A stretch of 64,000 bases of DNA from Ginglymostoma cirratum (taxonomy: Eukaryota): positions 30,932,275-30,996,274 of the forward strand of contig JAHRHZ010000024.1 of the NCBI GenBank assembly GCA_024137785.1, read 5' to 3'. Made by a program: the position numbers and the translations under genes. Position 1 is the stretch's first letter. Each line of letters opens with the position of its first letter. The notes beneath the pieces are model-generated. The model did no database searches, was not told the DNA's origin, and saw nothing but the letters and a program-made list of their open reading frames with translations. This document shows, piece by piece, positions 24,490 through 37,264 of this stretch.

Positions 24490-26400
24490 GAGTCAGAGTT
24501 TTACAGCAAGGAAAGAGGATCTTCAGCCCATTGTCTCCAAACTAATCCCATTTTCCACCACTTGGCTTAGTACCTTGTACACTGTTGCATTTCAAGTGTT
24601 CATCTAAATAGTTACATTTTGAGAGGATTCCCACTTTTACCACTTTTTCAACCAATGACTTCAGATAAACCCTATTCTCTGGGTTTAAAAAAATCCTCAA
24701 ATCCCCTCTAAATCTCCTTCCTGTTCATTCTAGTTTGTTTAAGAATATCACGTCCTAATCTTGATTTCTATGCCAACATTGCATCTCTATTCACTATAAA
24801 GAACAATAAAGTATTCTTTATCACCCCAAAAGTTCACATTTGCATCAATCTAACATGAGATAACAAGGTATAGAGCTGGATGAACACAGCAGGCCAAGCA
24901 GCATCAGAGGAGCAGGAAAGCTGACGTTTCGAGCCTAGACCCTTCTTCAGAAAATCTTTTTTCAGGAGATGCCGGCACATTGCTGCGAGTGTGTGTTTCA
25001 GGAGTCGCAGGAAGAAAGGTTTTTGAAGGATCTCAATGTTCTGAATGTAGACATTGTCGCAGTTGGGGCCAAATTGGGAAGGCCTAAATGTGGACTGTAG
25101 TCCACTGGGGATAATCCGGTTCCATAGGCATGTACTAAGAAAGGTAATGTGGCTGTAGTACCTGGTTTGCTTCAGGACATGGTCGAGCAGCATTCCCAGC
25201 AATGTAACTCCTCTTCTGGTTTTTTTAAAAATTCTACCCATTTGGCTTATTTGAGGAACTTTCAAAGACAATTCATCCTCATTACAGTAATTGACTCCTT
25301 GCTCAATATTGTTAACCAATCTCCTCCAGAATACAGAGCCCTCTCCCTCCCTCAGCCATGCCTCAGTAATAACAATGATATCACATCCCCAAGTATTAAT
25401 CAACACCTTCAACTCATCTGCCTTGTTTGCAAATCTCCATGCATTAAAATGTCATTCAAGCTTGCTATGCTCCCTTGTGTCTTAACTTGATAATGTGCAC
25501 TTTACCTGCCAGACTTACGCAGTTTTTCCTTTTATAGATCTGTGCATTATCTCCAACCAAGTTAGTTTAAACCCCACCAACAGGGCAATGTCCCCCATCC
25601 CACCCTGCAAGCATGCTGGTTCCTTTGTGGTTCAGGTGTAAAATGTCAGACTGTTAACTGGTCCCACCTTCTGCAGAAATGGTGTCAATGTTTCAGGAAT
25701 CTAAAGTCCTCTCTCCTGCAGCAACTCTTCAGACACACGGTCATCTGTTCTATCCTCATTCCTACACTCACCAACACATGGCACTGGGAATAATCCAGAC
25801 ATTACATTCTTTGAGGTCCTGCTCTTTAATCTGCGACTGAACACCCTAAATTTTTGATGCACACCCTCATCCCTCTTTCTACCCTTATCATTGCGGTTCA
25901 CATACTTGGCAATCTCTAACTATTCAACCTCCCTCTTCAGAATTCCCTGCAACTGTTCAGCGAGTTCCTTGACCCTGGCCCCACACAATCTTAGAGTAAA
26001 ATCTGTGTTCACAGGATCACATGTCCGTACCCCTCACTATTGACTCTCCTATCACTATTGTTCTCCCTGACTTTATCCTCCCCTGTTGTGCACCTTGTAT
26101 CCTGGCTGCAGTCCCCAGAGGAACAGTCACTGTCACCGTATTCGAACACAGAAAATCTGTTATTCAGTGAGACGCCATCTGGAACTTTCCTGAACACCAT
26201 CCCGCTTCTCTTCTTCCAACTAATGGTCACCAATTCCTTCTCTGACAGTACTTCCTCGAACTATAGGGCGAGTATGTCCAAAATCTGATATGCATGTAAC
26301 ATTCAGCCTCATGGCTAGACAATGCTCAAGCAATGAGACACAACCCTCAAACTGGTCACACGTCCTGCAGATTCAGTTATCTAGATAGCCAAAAGTGACT
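24490..26400 (-). mobile_element. Degenerate CR1 (ORF1 remnant, endonuclease N-terminus, 3' tail) with an inserted Penelope piece at about 24857-25190
   Basis: VSLNNRFSV (ORF1) and DIIVITEAWL (APE endonuclease); the insert translates as HITFLSTCL..RIIPSGLQ, like a PLE ORF N-terminus. Confidence 0.7.
24923..24950 (-). ncRNA. Minimal hammerhead motif (core intact, weak stem I)
   Basis: Minus strand reads CTGAAGA-AGGGTCTAGGCTC-GAAACGTC. Confidence 0.6.
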
Positions 26401-26570
26401 TGCCAATTACTGAGTCTGTGTAACACACAATACTGAACTCCTCTGCCATATCTTGAGTTAAAATGCTCTTGACCTAAATTTAAGCCAAGTAGATCATGGT
26501 TTCTCTTTTTCAAAAAGAGTTAAAATTGTTGCCTGTCGTTAATGCCATTTTAAATTGAAGAGAAACAACA

Positions 26571-26845
26571 GGGTGGCACAGTGGTTTGCACTGTTGGCTC
26601 ACAGTGCCCAGGTTCGATTCCAACCTTGGGTAACTGTGTAGAGTTTGCATGTTCTCAGTGTCTGTGTGGGGTTTCCGCCCGGTGCTCCTGTTTTCTCCCA
26701 CAGTCCAAACATGTGCAGGTTAGTTGGATTGGCCAATGATAAATGTGAGGTCACAGGTTCTGGGTGGGGTGCTGTTTGGAGGTTTGTTGCAGAGTTGATG
26801 GGCCAAATGGCCTCTTTCTGCACTGTAGGAATTCTGTGATTCCAT
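26571..26845 (+). mobile_element. V-SINE (HE1-like)
   Basis: GGGTGGCACAGTGG head, GGTTCGATTCC B box, V-domain GAGTTTGCATGTTCTC..GTGGGTTTCC, tail GGAATTCTGTGATTC. Confidence 0.9.
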
Positions 26846-27911
26846 AAACTCACTGACTACATACTCAACTCTTTGCACCAATATCACTTCTTTCAACCTT
26901 CCTGAATACTGGAAAGGTTCTGGTGGGTTTAGCTGCTCCAACCAAGCTTGGCCTGAGACTTTTATTGACAAACTCCGCTGCTGCCATTCACTTTCAGATT
27001 CCTCCGCTCCCTGCTCCTCTCCAAACATCTCTTTGAAAGACAGAACAAAAGCAAAAGATCTGAGCTTCAGATGAAGAGGGCTAGGGAGCAGTTAGCTCAA
27101 TTTGCCAAATGGCTAGAGTGCAATGTATAATGAATTCTACATTGTGTGTCCAATCCACATAGCAGCTGAGATCGTTCTTGAGGCCTGCCTCCACCCCTTG
27201 ACACATGGTAATATTGTGGCATAAAACACCATTACTAACCCTCAGTCACAAGTTTGTGGAAATCAAACGATGAATTGGAATGTTGCCACTATGGAAATAT
27301 TGTAATTTCTTTAGTTTCTAAAACTGCATTTGCATTATGAGAGACCTATAGCAGTTTAGAATGTCATGCACCCAGCACCTCACTGTCCTCCATCCCAGGT
27401 TTATTCAGGTCTTCAAGGAAATCCTTCTGGGTGAAGTCCAGCTTCCATGGACCAGCAACGTAAGTATATCACTAAACAAATAAAAAAACCCAAAGAACTG
27501 TGGATGTTGGACATCAGAAACAATAAGAGAAATTGCTGAAAACACAACAGATCTGACAGCATTTGCAATGAGAAAGCAGAATTAACTATTCGGGTACAAA
27601 ACTGAATTGAGTCCAAAGCTGAAATTTTGAAACCATTGATAAGGGTGACAGAACATTGACAAGTTGCGTTAACATGCAAGTCAGCCATGATTTAATTGAA
27701 TTAGCAAAGGGCTGCATAGTCTATTCCTTTTTCTATCCAAAGAGTCTAGGAAGTGATAAAGACTGAAAAGCCTACATTAACTTTTCCAAATGATAAGAGA
27801 TGTACTTTTTGGAAAACAAGAAATGAAAAATTTGCATTTGGAATTAGAGAAAAGGGAGAGAACCTTGTGTGATACTTCAATTGATTCTTCTCTTTTTTCC
27901 CCCTCTTTCAG

Positions 27912-28008
27912 GGCTATTTGTATTGTTCTTCTGGTTATAATCCTTGTATTTCTATTGATCATTGGATGCTGGTATTACAAGAAACGTAATGGATACTTAG
28001 TTCTCCAG
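27912..28008 (+). CDS. MLANA: MLANA transmembrane exon (AICIVLLVIILVFLLIIGCWYYKKRNGYLVLQ)
   Basis: IGCWY..RNGY signature of Melan-A; polypyrimidine tract plus cag acceptor, donor GTAACC; 97 bp. Confidence 0.95.
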
Positions 28009-28490
28009 GTAACCTAAAAGATATTTGACTGCAGTTGTATTCAACTTAAAGCTGCTGCGTATATTGTCAAGACACTTTACAGGGGAATAGTGTTCCCTCC
28101 ACAAATGAAATAAAATATCCGATTTTAATTGTTTAGCGGTTAGATCAGACCATGTGTGGTTTTAATCTCAAGATTTGAGCAATGCCAAATCCCATTAGTT
28201 TATTTACAATCTATATTCTGGTTCTTTACTCAGTCCGGTGTATAGATTTTGCAGTTTTGATTGTACTTGAATTAGCAGTTGTATGTAAGAGAGATTAATG
28301 TGATCTGCATTATAATTCCCCAAATGTTTTGTCGCGAGACAACAAATCAGCTAGACCAGGTAAATATTTAGAAGCAAAAGAATCTCAAATGTAGGAATTG
28401 AAAAACCATATCCCAGTTAACTCATACTTGGTTATGTGCTCTGTTACCTATTTGATATTGCACTCTTCAAGGTGTACCATCTAATTTCAG

Positions 28491-28607
28491 AACCGGCACT
28501 TATCCAATACTGTCGTGGGTTCTTTGATGGCAAGACACCATGACAGCGAAGAAGGAACCCCACTGGAGAGTAAATCATCATTGCATGATTTCACTAGCTC
28601 AAATCTG
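28491..28607 (+). CDS. MLANA: MLANA third coding exon (NRHLSNTVVG...ESKSSLHDFTSSNL)
   Basis: Open phase 0-0 exon of 117 bp; acceptor tttcag, donor GTAAGA; ESKSSL resembles human DSKVSL. Confidence 0.8.
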
Positions 28608-29197
28608 GTAAGATTTTCTCCCCCAAAATTTACTACTTTTCAGACTTGAAAATTTGCACTACATGGCTTACAATTTTGGCTCTTCTGGAAAAATTGAAGA
28701 TGTGGCATTTTGTGTAAGCAAAAAGATTGAATTTTAACACCTGATTGAATTTGTCATTTGAAGTGATTGGTCCTGGTGCACATTGCAATCAGAACAGAAG
28801 TAGCTCTGTCAATGAGATCATGGCTGATCTGTGGCCTACCTCATATCCCCTAATACCTTAGATAAATTTTTGTTGAGCAATCTCAGGTTTAAAATTAACA
28901 ACTGATCTAGCATCAACTGCCTTTTGTGGAAGAGTGTTCCAAATCTCTCCCATACTGTGTAGAAGTGCTTCCTACAGACTAAACCTTCCTAGGTGCCTTC
29001 ATACCTTTCATAACTACAATAATTAACGTAAAATTACTATGCTCCCACATACCTGTACAACACAAACATGCTAAACCTGTTTCGAATATGGTTTCCAGTC
29101 ATAAACCATACATCAATCGCTGCTGATTTAATCTGTCAGATTAAGCATGTAAATTAGGTTTAAAAAAACACTAATTACAATTATTTTCTCTTAACAG

Positions 29198-29266
29198 ATT
29201 CCAAATGCTCCTCCTGCGTATGAGAAAAATGCTTCGGAACAACTGCCACCAGCATATTCCCCTTAA
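29198..29266 (+). CDS. MLANA: MLANA last coding exon (IPNAPPAYEKNASEQLPPAYSP*)
   Basis: Near-identical to the Melan-A C-terminus PNAPPAYEK...PPxYSP; acceptor ttaacag; TAA at 29264-29266. Confidence 0.96.
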   Translation: MPNAPPAYEKNASEQLPPAYSP

Positions 29267-29384
29267 ATTGTCAAAGCGTATTAATCCTGTGCTTCTGATG
29301 AGTTATTATCCCAAACTTGGTTACGCAACAATGTAATGTTTGTTTTCCGTATACATTAATTGCTTAATACTGATTTTTGCATGA

Positions 29385-29390
29385 AATAAA
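29385..29390 (+). terminator. Candidate MLANA polyadenylation signal AATAAA
   Basis: First AATAAA about 120 nt after the stop codon; AT-rich context lowers specificity. Confidence 0.45.
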
Positions 29391-30199
29391 CCAAAATTAA
29401 ATAACTTAATTTGTTCAAAATTTAGGATCACATTTGGCAAGGCCCTTCAAAAATTTCATCAGACAAAATAATTATATGAATTTTAGTAACTGAATTAAAC
29501 TGCACAAGAATGGTGATGTCATACACACTAGGGATATATTATCATGTGAATTACAACCAGTAGAGAGAAGCTTGGCTTTCTTTATGAAGATGGAAAGCAA
29601 GCTGTGAGTTTACAAATCAGGATTTGATGTTCACTGAGGTCAACTTTGTTCCAAAAAAATGTTAAATAACAGAACAACAGCAAACATCGTAATATTAGGT
29701 TCCCTTCTAGTAAAATTAAAAAAGGTGGACAAGCAAGATTCACCTTAATTGAGATTTCTGCATCAAGTCCTCTGAAAATTATGGGAGTTGGTTATTGAGT
29801 CAGGCCGTAGAATTGCATTTTTCTTTTTAGCTATCAGTTCAGTTAAGAAAAAAGAATCAAGTGAAGAAATCACTGGGAAGGTACATTATGTTGATGGGCT
29901 GTTTGCAGCAAGTATGGTCATGTTACAACATACCTGGATAGCAAACCGCCAGCTGCAACCACTGCACTCCCAAATGTACCACCAATGGGGAATGTAAAGT
30001 AAAACACAAATCAGTTAGTTAATTTCCTCCTCCCTGCTCACCACCACCCCTAGCCAACCCAGGTCCATCTTGTAATACATCTAGCATTGAATTGTAGAAG
30101 GCCATTAGCAAAGATGTTGCACATTTGTTACAAAAATTCTTTCCCAACCTGCACTATTTATAAACTGTAGGACAGAACTTGGTCATTATATATTAGCTA

Positions 30200-30840
30200 G
30201 TCAAACATTATAGGGAAGTACATCGGATTTGACATTAGGGACAGAGTGCCTGATACTTGGAGAAAAGAGGTGATCAGAACCAGCACAGACTTGACCAGGG
30301 CAAGTCATGGCTGATTAACCTGGTGAAACATTTTTGAAAGGTCACAAACATGGTGGGTACTATCTGTGGACATTAATTCTATGAACTGTAAACAAAAGGC
30401 ATATGATAGAGAGGAGGATAGCGAAAACTTAAGCAAAAAGAATAGTAATTATTCAAATTAGGTCAGTTTTCTCTAGAATTTAAAAATTCAGGGTGATCTG
30501 ATTGAAATCTTGGAGATATTATCAGTAAAAGAGAGGGGAGATAAAAAATATTTCTATTGGTCAGGTATTCTAAAATTAGGGGTCGTGGTTTGAGAATAAG
30601 GGCCACATCATTCAGGAAAGATGTTAGGAAGCAATTTTACATACAAAGGGTGGTAGATATCAGCAATGAATGCTGGATTAGTTGTTAATTTTAAATCTGA
30701 GCAAGATAACTGTTTGTAAAGGCAAGGTATTGAGGGATAAGGTCGAAGGCAGATTTACAGAGTTAGGCTACAGATCAGCAATGATCATATTGAATGGAGG
30801 AACAGGCTTGGGGGCTGAATGGCCCACTGTTTCCACATTC
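30200..30840 (+). mobile_element. Old CR1 fragment
   Basis: GKSWLINL-like remnant and CR1 3' tail. Confidence 0.6.
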
Positions 30841-33620
30841 TCAGGAATCTGCACCAGAATGAAAGCATAGAATTTATGTCCGAGTTTGCAGATGATGAGT
30901 TAGTGGGACACCAAGTTGATCAAATTTTTTTTTTTTTATTTGTTCATGCAATGGCATGCAGGGGCAGCATTAATTTGGCATCCTTAATTTCTTATGAAGA
31001 GGGCAGTGAGAAGGTTCAACAGACATTTTTGAACCACTGCAGCACTCATGGTGTGGACCAGAGTGATTTTAGGTTGTTCCAGGATTTCCCAGCCAAGTAC
31101 AAGAATGGGACAGTGATATATTTTCAATGAGTGACTCAGGGGAATATAGCAGATAAGTGGCATGCCTATACTTCTGCCCTTGCCCTTCAGGTCACTAGTT
31201 TGGAAGATTCTATCAGAGACGACTTGTCAAGTTGCAGCAGTGCAGTGTGTAAACTGGTACTTCCTAAGCATTTTATCAGTGATCCCATTATTAATTTTGA
31301 AAACTGTAGCAACTCCTTATTAAGCGGTCAGAGAAGACTTATTAGTCTGTGAAGTGGGGGAATGGGGACAGCTATCGTGGTCTTGAGCTCAAAGTTCCAG
31401 TTCATGACTCCACTTGGGATCTAGAATCTCCACTTTGAGAAGCCCTGATTGTAGACAATATGCCCTTTACCACAGAAATCATCTGAATGTATCATCTTTG
31501 AACTGCTAATGAGATTGTATCTTTTCTCACATAAGGACATCAAAACTGTACCCAGATACAATCTCACTGACATCCCTGACAGCTGGAGCAACATTTCCCT
31601 ATTTTTCTGCTCAATATTCATTGTAGTAATTAAGAACATTGCATTTTCATTCCTAATCACTTGCTGTAGCTGCATACTAACATTTTGCAGTTCATGTGCC
31701 AGGACATTCAGTTTTGTGGAATAAAGATTTAATAAATACGTCAACTGTAATTTGAGATTGAAGAAAAATATAGCAATTCTCTTCATTTCAAAAGAAATTT
31801 CCTCAAAAAAATTAAATTTACTAGAGGTTTTGAAGACAAATGAAACCCACTTCTTCAGGCTAGTTTTGAAACACTGAAGCTATTAAGTCAAACTAATACG
31901 AAGTTGAAGCATGCAAATTGTTATAGGTCAGTACTGTTACTAATGGGCTAAAGAAACAGCCACAAAAAAAAACAGACTCAAATTTCACCAGGACAGGGTC
32001 CACCAAGGACAAACAATTAGGAAATACAATCCCCCTACTCTGTGTTATACAGTCATAAATTAATCATTTTAACATATATCCAGTAAAGTTCCTAAAGTTT
32101 TAAGCAAAAAAAAAATTTTATCATACAACATGCTAATGCCTTGTGCATATCCACAGATATGATCACCTATTCAAAGTTGAAAACTTTGGGACTCAGTTTC
32201 CTGAGTGATTGAATACAAGAGCAATTTTAGGTAAAGCAATGCAGTGAGAGAATTATCTTTTTGCCAAACGAGGTAGAATCAAAGGGTCATGATGCATGCT
32301 GACACTTCTATTTCTATATTGGAAAACTAAATAATCATATATGAGGACAGGAATTTAATTAAAAGATATGATAATAATTTGCAAATACCTAACTGTATGT
32401 AAGAACATCTGGAGATAAAAATATAATTTTGAACAATTATTTATAAATCAAGACAGAAGTTATTTTCTTCACAATGTACCAGAAGAGAACAATGTCCATA
32501 ATATACAGAACAGAGTTATTCCTACAAAGCATTTGTCACATCATACCATCGATGGAAAATCTCCTTGAATAGGTTATTAATCTCCAATGGACAATTCAGA
32601 GTTGTAAATGGCTGGAACACCCACTTTCTTAAACCAGCACTTTCCTGTCATTACTCTCAGCCCCATAATCACCTGAACATGGTAACTCACCGTAGAGTAG
32701 TTTCACAAGAGATTATAAAAATGGCAAAACAAAGATAACGCATAGCTTTAGGGGTCATCATTCCCCTCTAATATCCAACTGCAATGAAGTTAAGAGATAC
32801 AGAACCTAACCTACTTAGTCAAACACTAAGGCAGTCATTACTTTTGCAGACTTGGAATTAAATTAACAGAATTATAACTGGAGAGGGAACTTCCATGCAA
32901 ATAAAAACATAAGATCAGAAATAAAAACATAAGACCGGAAGTAACAATTGCACACGTTTTTAATCATGCAGATTTGACTGCATTTTTCTAAACACTGGTC
33001 CATAAAAGCTACTAAACAGCTTAAAAACCTATACATTATATAAACAAGAAACAAATAAATTAGCAAAATTCTTTTATACATTCACTTTAGTACAACTTGA
33101 GTTCAAAAGTATTTACAACTGTACAACAGACTGAAGTTTCTATATTAAATACTTAAAAAGGAAGCAATAGCATATAAACAAGTCATATGTTTTTTCTTTT
33201 GACTGCACTTCTTAAAAAAAAACACACTTAAAAGTGGAACATTGCAGCACACCAAAGATGTGGGCATTGATAACAGGTCGTACTGCTAGTGTGCAAGAAG
33301 CTTTTGAGTGCACAGTAAGCAATCACTAAATTGCTACGCTTCAGTTAAAATTATAAACCAGGAAAATTTACAAGGTCATTCAAATTTGCTGTCTTACAAT
33401 TTTTAACAATGTTTTTGTACATTGAAATACACAGATTTCACAGATAAAACACAGGGAAAACATCTTTGCAGACTAAATAAATACTTGTGCCTCTCAAGAC
33501 ATCTTAGTTACTGTTAACAAGTTGTGCCTTCTCCGAAACCCAAAATATAATTAGAGAATGATTCCAATTGTACTGATGGTTCTCATAATCTCCATTATTT
33601 GGATATCTAACAATTGTAGT

Positions 33621-36600
33621 TTATAGACTGGAAGATGCAGAAACAGTTCTAGTAGAATCGAGTACTTCCGATGCCTTAATTGATGGAAAGACTACAGCAG
33701 GACTTGCACTTGAACTTCCCAAAACATGAGTTAAAGAGGGCTGTGATGCCACTTTTGTAGCAGGGTTAACCACAGTATTAATAGCATTTAAAACTGCCCC
33801 TTCTGGGCTGACTAATAACTTATTGAAGGAAGTATCTACTGGAAGACCAGGGGCACTCTGGCTTGTAGGGACTTGGAATTTGCATACTGCAGTCTGAAGT
33901 GAAGGTCTTGCAGTAGGGCCAAGTATCGGTGTTGATCCTGTTGTAGATTGGACAGGTCTAGAAACAGCAGTAATTGTTTGTGCAGCACTCTGAACACACA
34001 GCTTTTGAAGCAACTTCTCAGGTGAAACAACATAAGGAGATGGAAAGGATTGACAATGATGGGATAAAGCAGACACTACTGTTGTCTTTTGACATGCAGA
34101 TGTAACATCAGTTCCTGTACGAGATCCAGGGCTTAAATTTACTGCTCGAGAATTACTTGGTTTCAGTGTATTGGAAATCAGCAGGACATGGCTACCAGAT
34201 CCAAGGCCTTGAGGTGGAACTACAAATCGATGATTGTTAATGACTATTTGAGTCCCTGGTGCCAAAGGTGTACTTGTATTGATAACTATTTTCTGCCGTA
34301 TACAAGATTCATTTAATGGTTCAGAAACTTTGCTAATAGAAGATGGCACTGTTGCTACAGACTGTATAAGTGAAGTAGATGCAGTAACTGTTTTAGGACT
34401 CATTGGATGTTTTGTTAAACTCTGTACTGTTGTTTGATGCGGCAAGCTAAGACCCAAAGAAGCAGTGAACATATTACCAACAGTTGATGCACTCAGCCGA
34501 GTAGCTGCTTGCACAGCTACAGACCTTGGAACAGTACTTGTATTGGTTGGTGATGCTATTGTGTTTGGATTTGGAAAACGAATTACTGTCTGACAACTAT
34601 CCTTTGAAAAATGTGCAATTTGTGGGGAAAACGCTGTACATACTGGTTGAGTGCTTGTTGGTACCACCTTTGAATTGACTGTGACTGGGTTTGGTAAAGG
34701 AGCTGTAATTGACAAGGGAAGAGAAGAAGTCAGTGACTGATGTGACATCTTTGGCTGTGGAGATGCAAGCAGCATTGAAGATGCAAGGTGTTCTGCCTTC
34801 ACTGTTGAAATAGCAACAGGAAGTCTAGTTGCTAACACCCCTTGATTAGATCCAGAGATATTATCGTTTCCTTTAAGCAAAGCAGTGGGAAGAGAACCAA
34901 ATGTTGTAAAAGTTGGCGTTGGCAGAGCTGTACCTGTAGCTGCTGTTGCTACTGTATATGCATTTTGAACACACATTTTGATTCCCGTAGAATTCCTAAA
35001 AGGCGGAGAGCTCTGATTTCTCACCACAACTGAAGGAATTGCTGAAGTACTAACACAACTTGTTGGTAAGACAGCATTCTTCATAGATAATCCTTCTCCT
35101 ACTTTTGCAGTCGGCGGAACACCGATTCCTGGGATTTTCTGGATGCTGTTTCTTATAAGGTTTCCCTTTTTAACTTCTTTCACTTGAAATGAGCTGGGCA
35201 GTGGATTGCCTTTAATTGGTGTTTCCCCAGTATAAGGTACTAGCACCACCTGATAAGGATCTGAGTTTTTCACTGGTATTTGTGTTGTGTTTAAAGGCGT
35301 TGCAGTTTGTTGTTGGGGCGGTTTAGTTAATACTAAGTTGGAGGATGAGGACATTGAAGACACAGATGGACTCATAAAGACTAACTTTTGAGGTTGAGCA
35401 TTTGTGGGTGCCATGCTGACTTGACTTGTGCCACAAAGTGTAGCGGGAGGATTTGGAACCAACAGAAATTTCGGCATTGTAGTTCCAGTCAGGAACGTGC
35501 TACCTCCTGACTTATTACATTCAGGTGGTTTTAGAAATAACTGCTTGCCAGTTGCAGTATCAAGTGAGAATTGCAACGATGGTGCTTGAGTAACTGTTAC
35601 CTTACTTTGGACTGCACTTTCACTAGATAATCCACCAACAGGTCCACTAACTAAATGCACAGCATTGTGGCTACTGGTGTGCACAGTTGGATTCTCTGAA
35701 ACAGTTGACAAGACTGTTGGCAGAGGCACAGGTACAACAGGTACAACTCCTGCATTATTCATAGTTTTGCAAGACCCTAACTTAATTGGTTCTGCACCCA
35801 ACTGGTTTAGACCTAATGAAACTGATGCAATGGAATTGGAAACAGGAAGTTGATTGATATTTGTTAGGGAAGTCTGCGCCGGAACAAGGATAGAGGTCAA
35901 TGGCGACAATGGTTGAGTTTTTGAGACCACAAAGTTCTGAACTTCTGGTAAAAATGTAAATATTGGCCTTGGAGTAATAGCATTTGGTGAGTTTTGATCA
36001 GAGTTGCTTTGTACCTTAACAACACCTGTGTTTCCGCCACGTGTCATGACTAAAATGGATTGAGAATCTCGTATACACACAGTTTTAAGTTCCTGCTTTG
36101 TTTCACTTGATTCCTTTGACTGCTGCGAGTTGAAACTCTGAGCAGTTCCAGTATTACCTGCCTTGTGTGTTTTTGTTGGCATTACTGGCTCACTAACTGT
36201 TAACTGACTACCTTTAGCATTTGATGTCATAACTGAAGGTACTGTAACTGCAGACATTTCTGTCCTTCCTTGTGGTGCAACAACTGATGATGTTAAAAAG
36301 TTACACGAAGGTACAACTTTTGTTGACTGACTGACAGAAGTTATTACTGTTGTTAAACTTGCAGTGCTCTTACTGGGCTTTAAATTAGAAACCTGTGACT
36401 GCACCTGAACAGATGACAGAGACTGAAGATCCACTGCAGGAGAATGGCCTAAATCAGCTGTTTGAGATCCGACGGAAGCTCTTTTCTCCAGTTCCTTTAA
36501 TGCCTTGGGCAGACTTCCTTTTTCAACATATTTTCCATCTTGTTGTTGGGCTAATAAATTTTTGGGTACAATAAGTACCTGCTGCATGATCCTCTCTCCA

Positions 36601-37264
36601 GTCTTTGCATCAATGACAGGTTGGACTGCAATCTTAATCTGGCTGCTACTCAGATCAATTGGCACACAAGATCCATCAGGCATTTTGTACACCATCTGCA
36701 GTGGCCCTTTTGGAGATGGAACAGTTGGTAAATAGGACTTTGTTGGGCTTGGATGTGATGTAATTGCAGTTACTTTCTCTTCTGGACTGCTCATCTCTCT
36801 CACAGAGGAGGATGTCTGACTGGTTAAGGTCACTTTGTTCCCATTATGTTTTGCAAGTAAGGCTTGAATAGGTTTGGTCCTTTTCTGAACAGCTGATCTT
36901 GACACATTAGATATCTCACCTTTTGAAGCATCTAACATCACAGAATGTTCATCTGGCTTGTTCAAGGTGGTAAGTGATTCAACTGGAAGCTGCACTGTTG
37001 CAGATTTTGATTCAATCTCTTGGTTTCTGGGCTCAGAACCAGATGACATTTTTACTAGGCTATGGCCTGCAACAGCTTCATTTGTGCTTAATTTAGTCTT
37101 TTTACTTGGGGGGGATTCTTTACCACATTCATCAAGATCACTGCATTTCATTTGCCTTTTAGGATTCTTGGAAGTTTGCTTCTGCATTTCTTTATTAGAA
37201 CTTTCTCTTCTTATGGGCTTCAGTTTACCTACAGATATTGCCATGTCGGTCTGCATCATGTCAT
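33621..37264 (-). CDS. BRD10: BRD10/KIAA2026 terminal coding exon (3.64 kb)
   Basis: 1212-aa ORF with KIAA2026 motifs (KGPLQMVYKMP, KQELKTVCIRDSQSILV.TRGGNTG, QKIVINTSTPLAPGTQI); acceptor tttcag at 37265; phase 1. Confidence 0.95.

Noticed and set aside
26571-26630. tRNA-like A/B boxes (also at 49529, 50743 and about 5620)
   Set aside because: These are SINE heads followed by SINE bodies, not tRNA genes
28472-28490. Alternative upstream acceptor for MLANA coding exon 3
   Set aside because: Would add 19 nt and break the frame; the acceptor at 28490 gives the conserved 118-aa product
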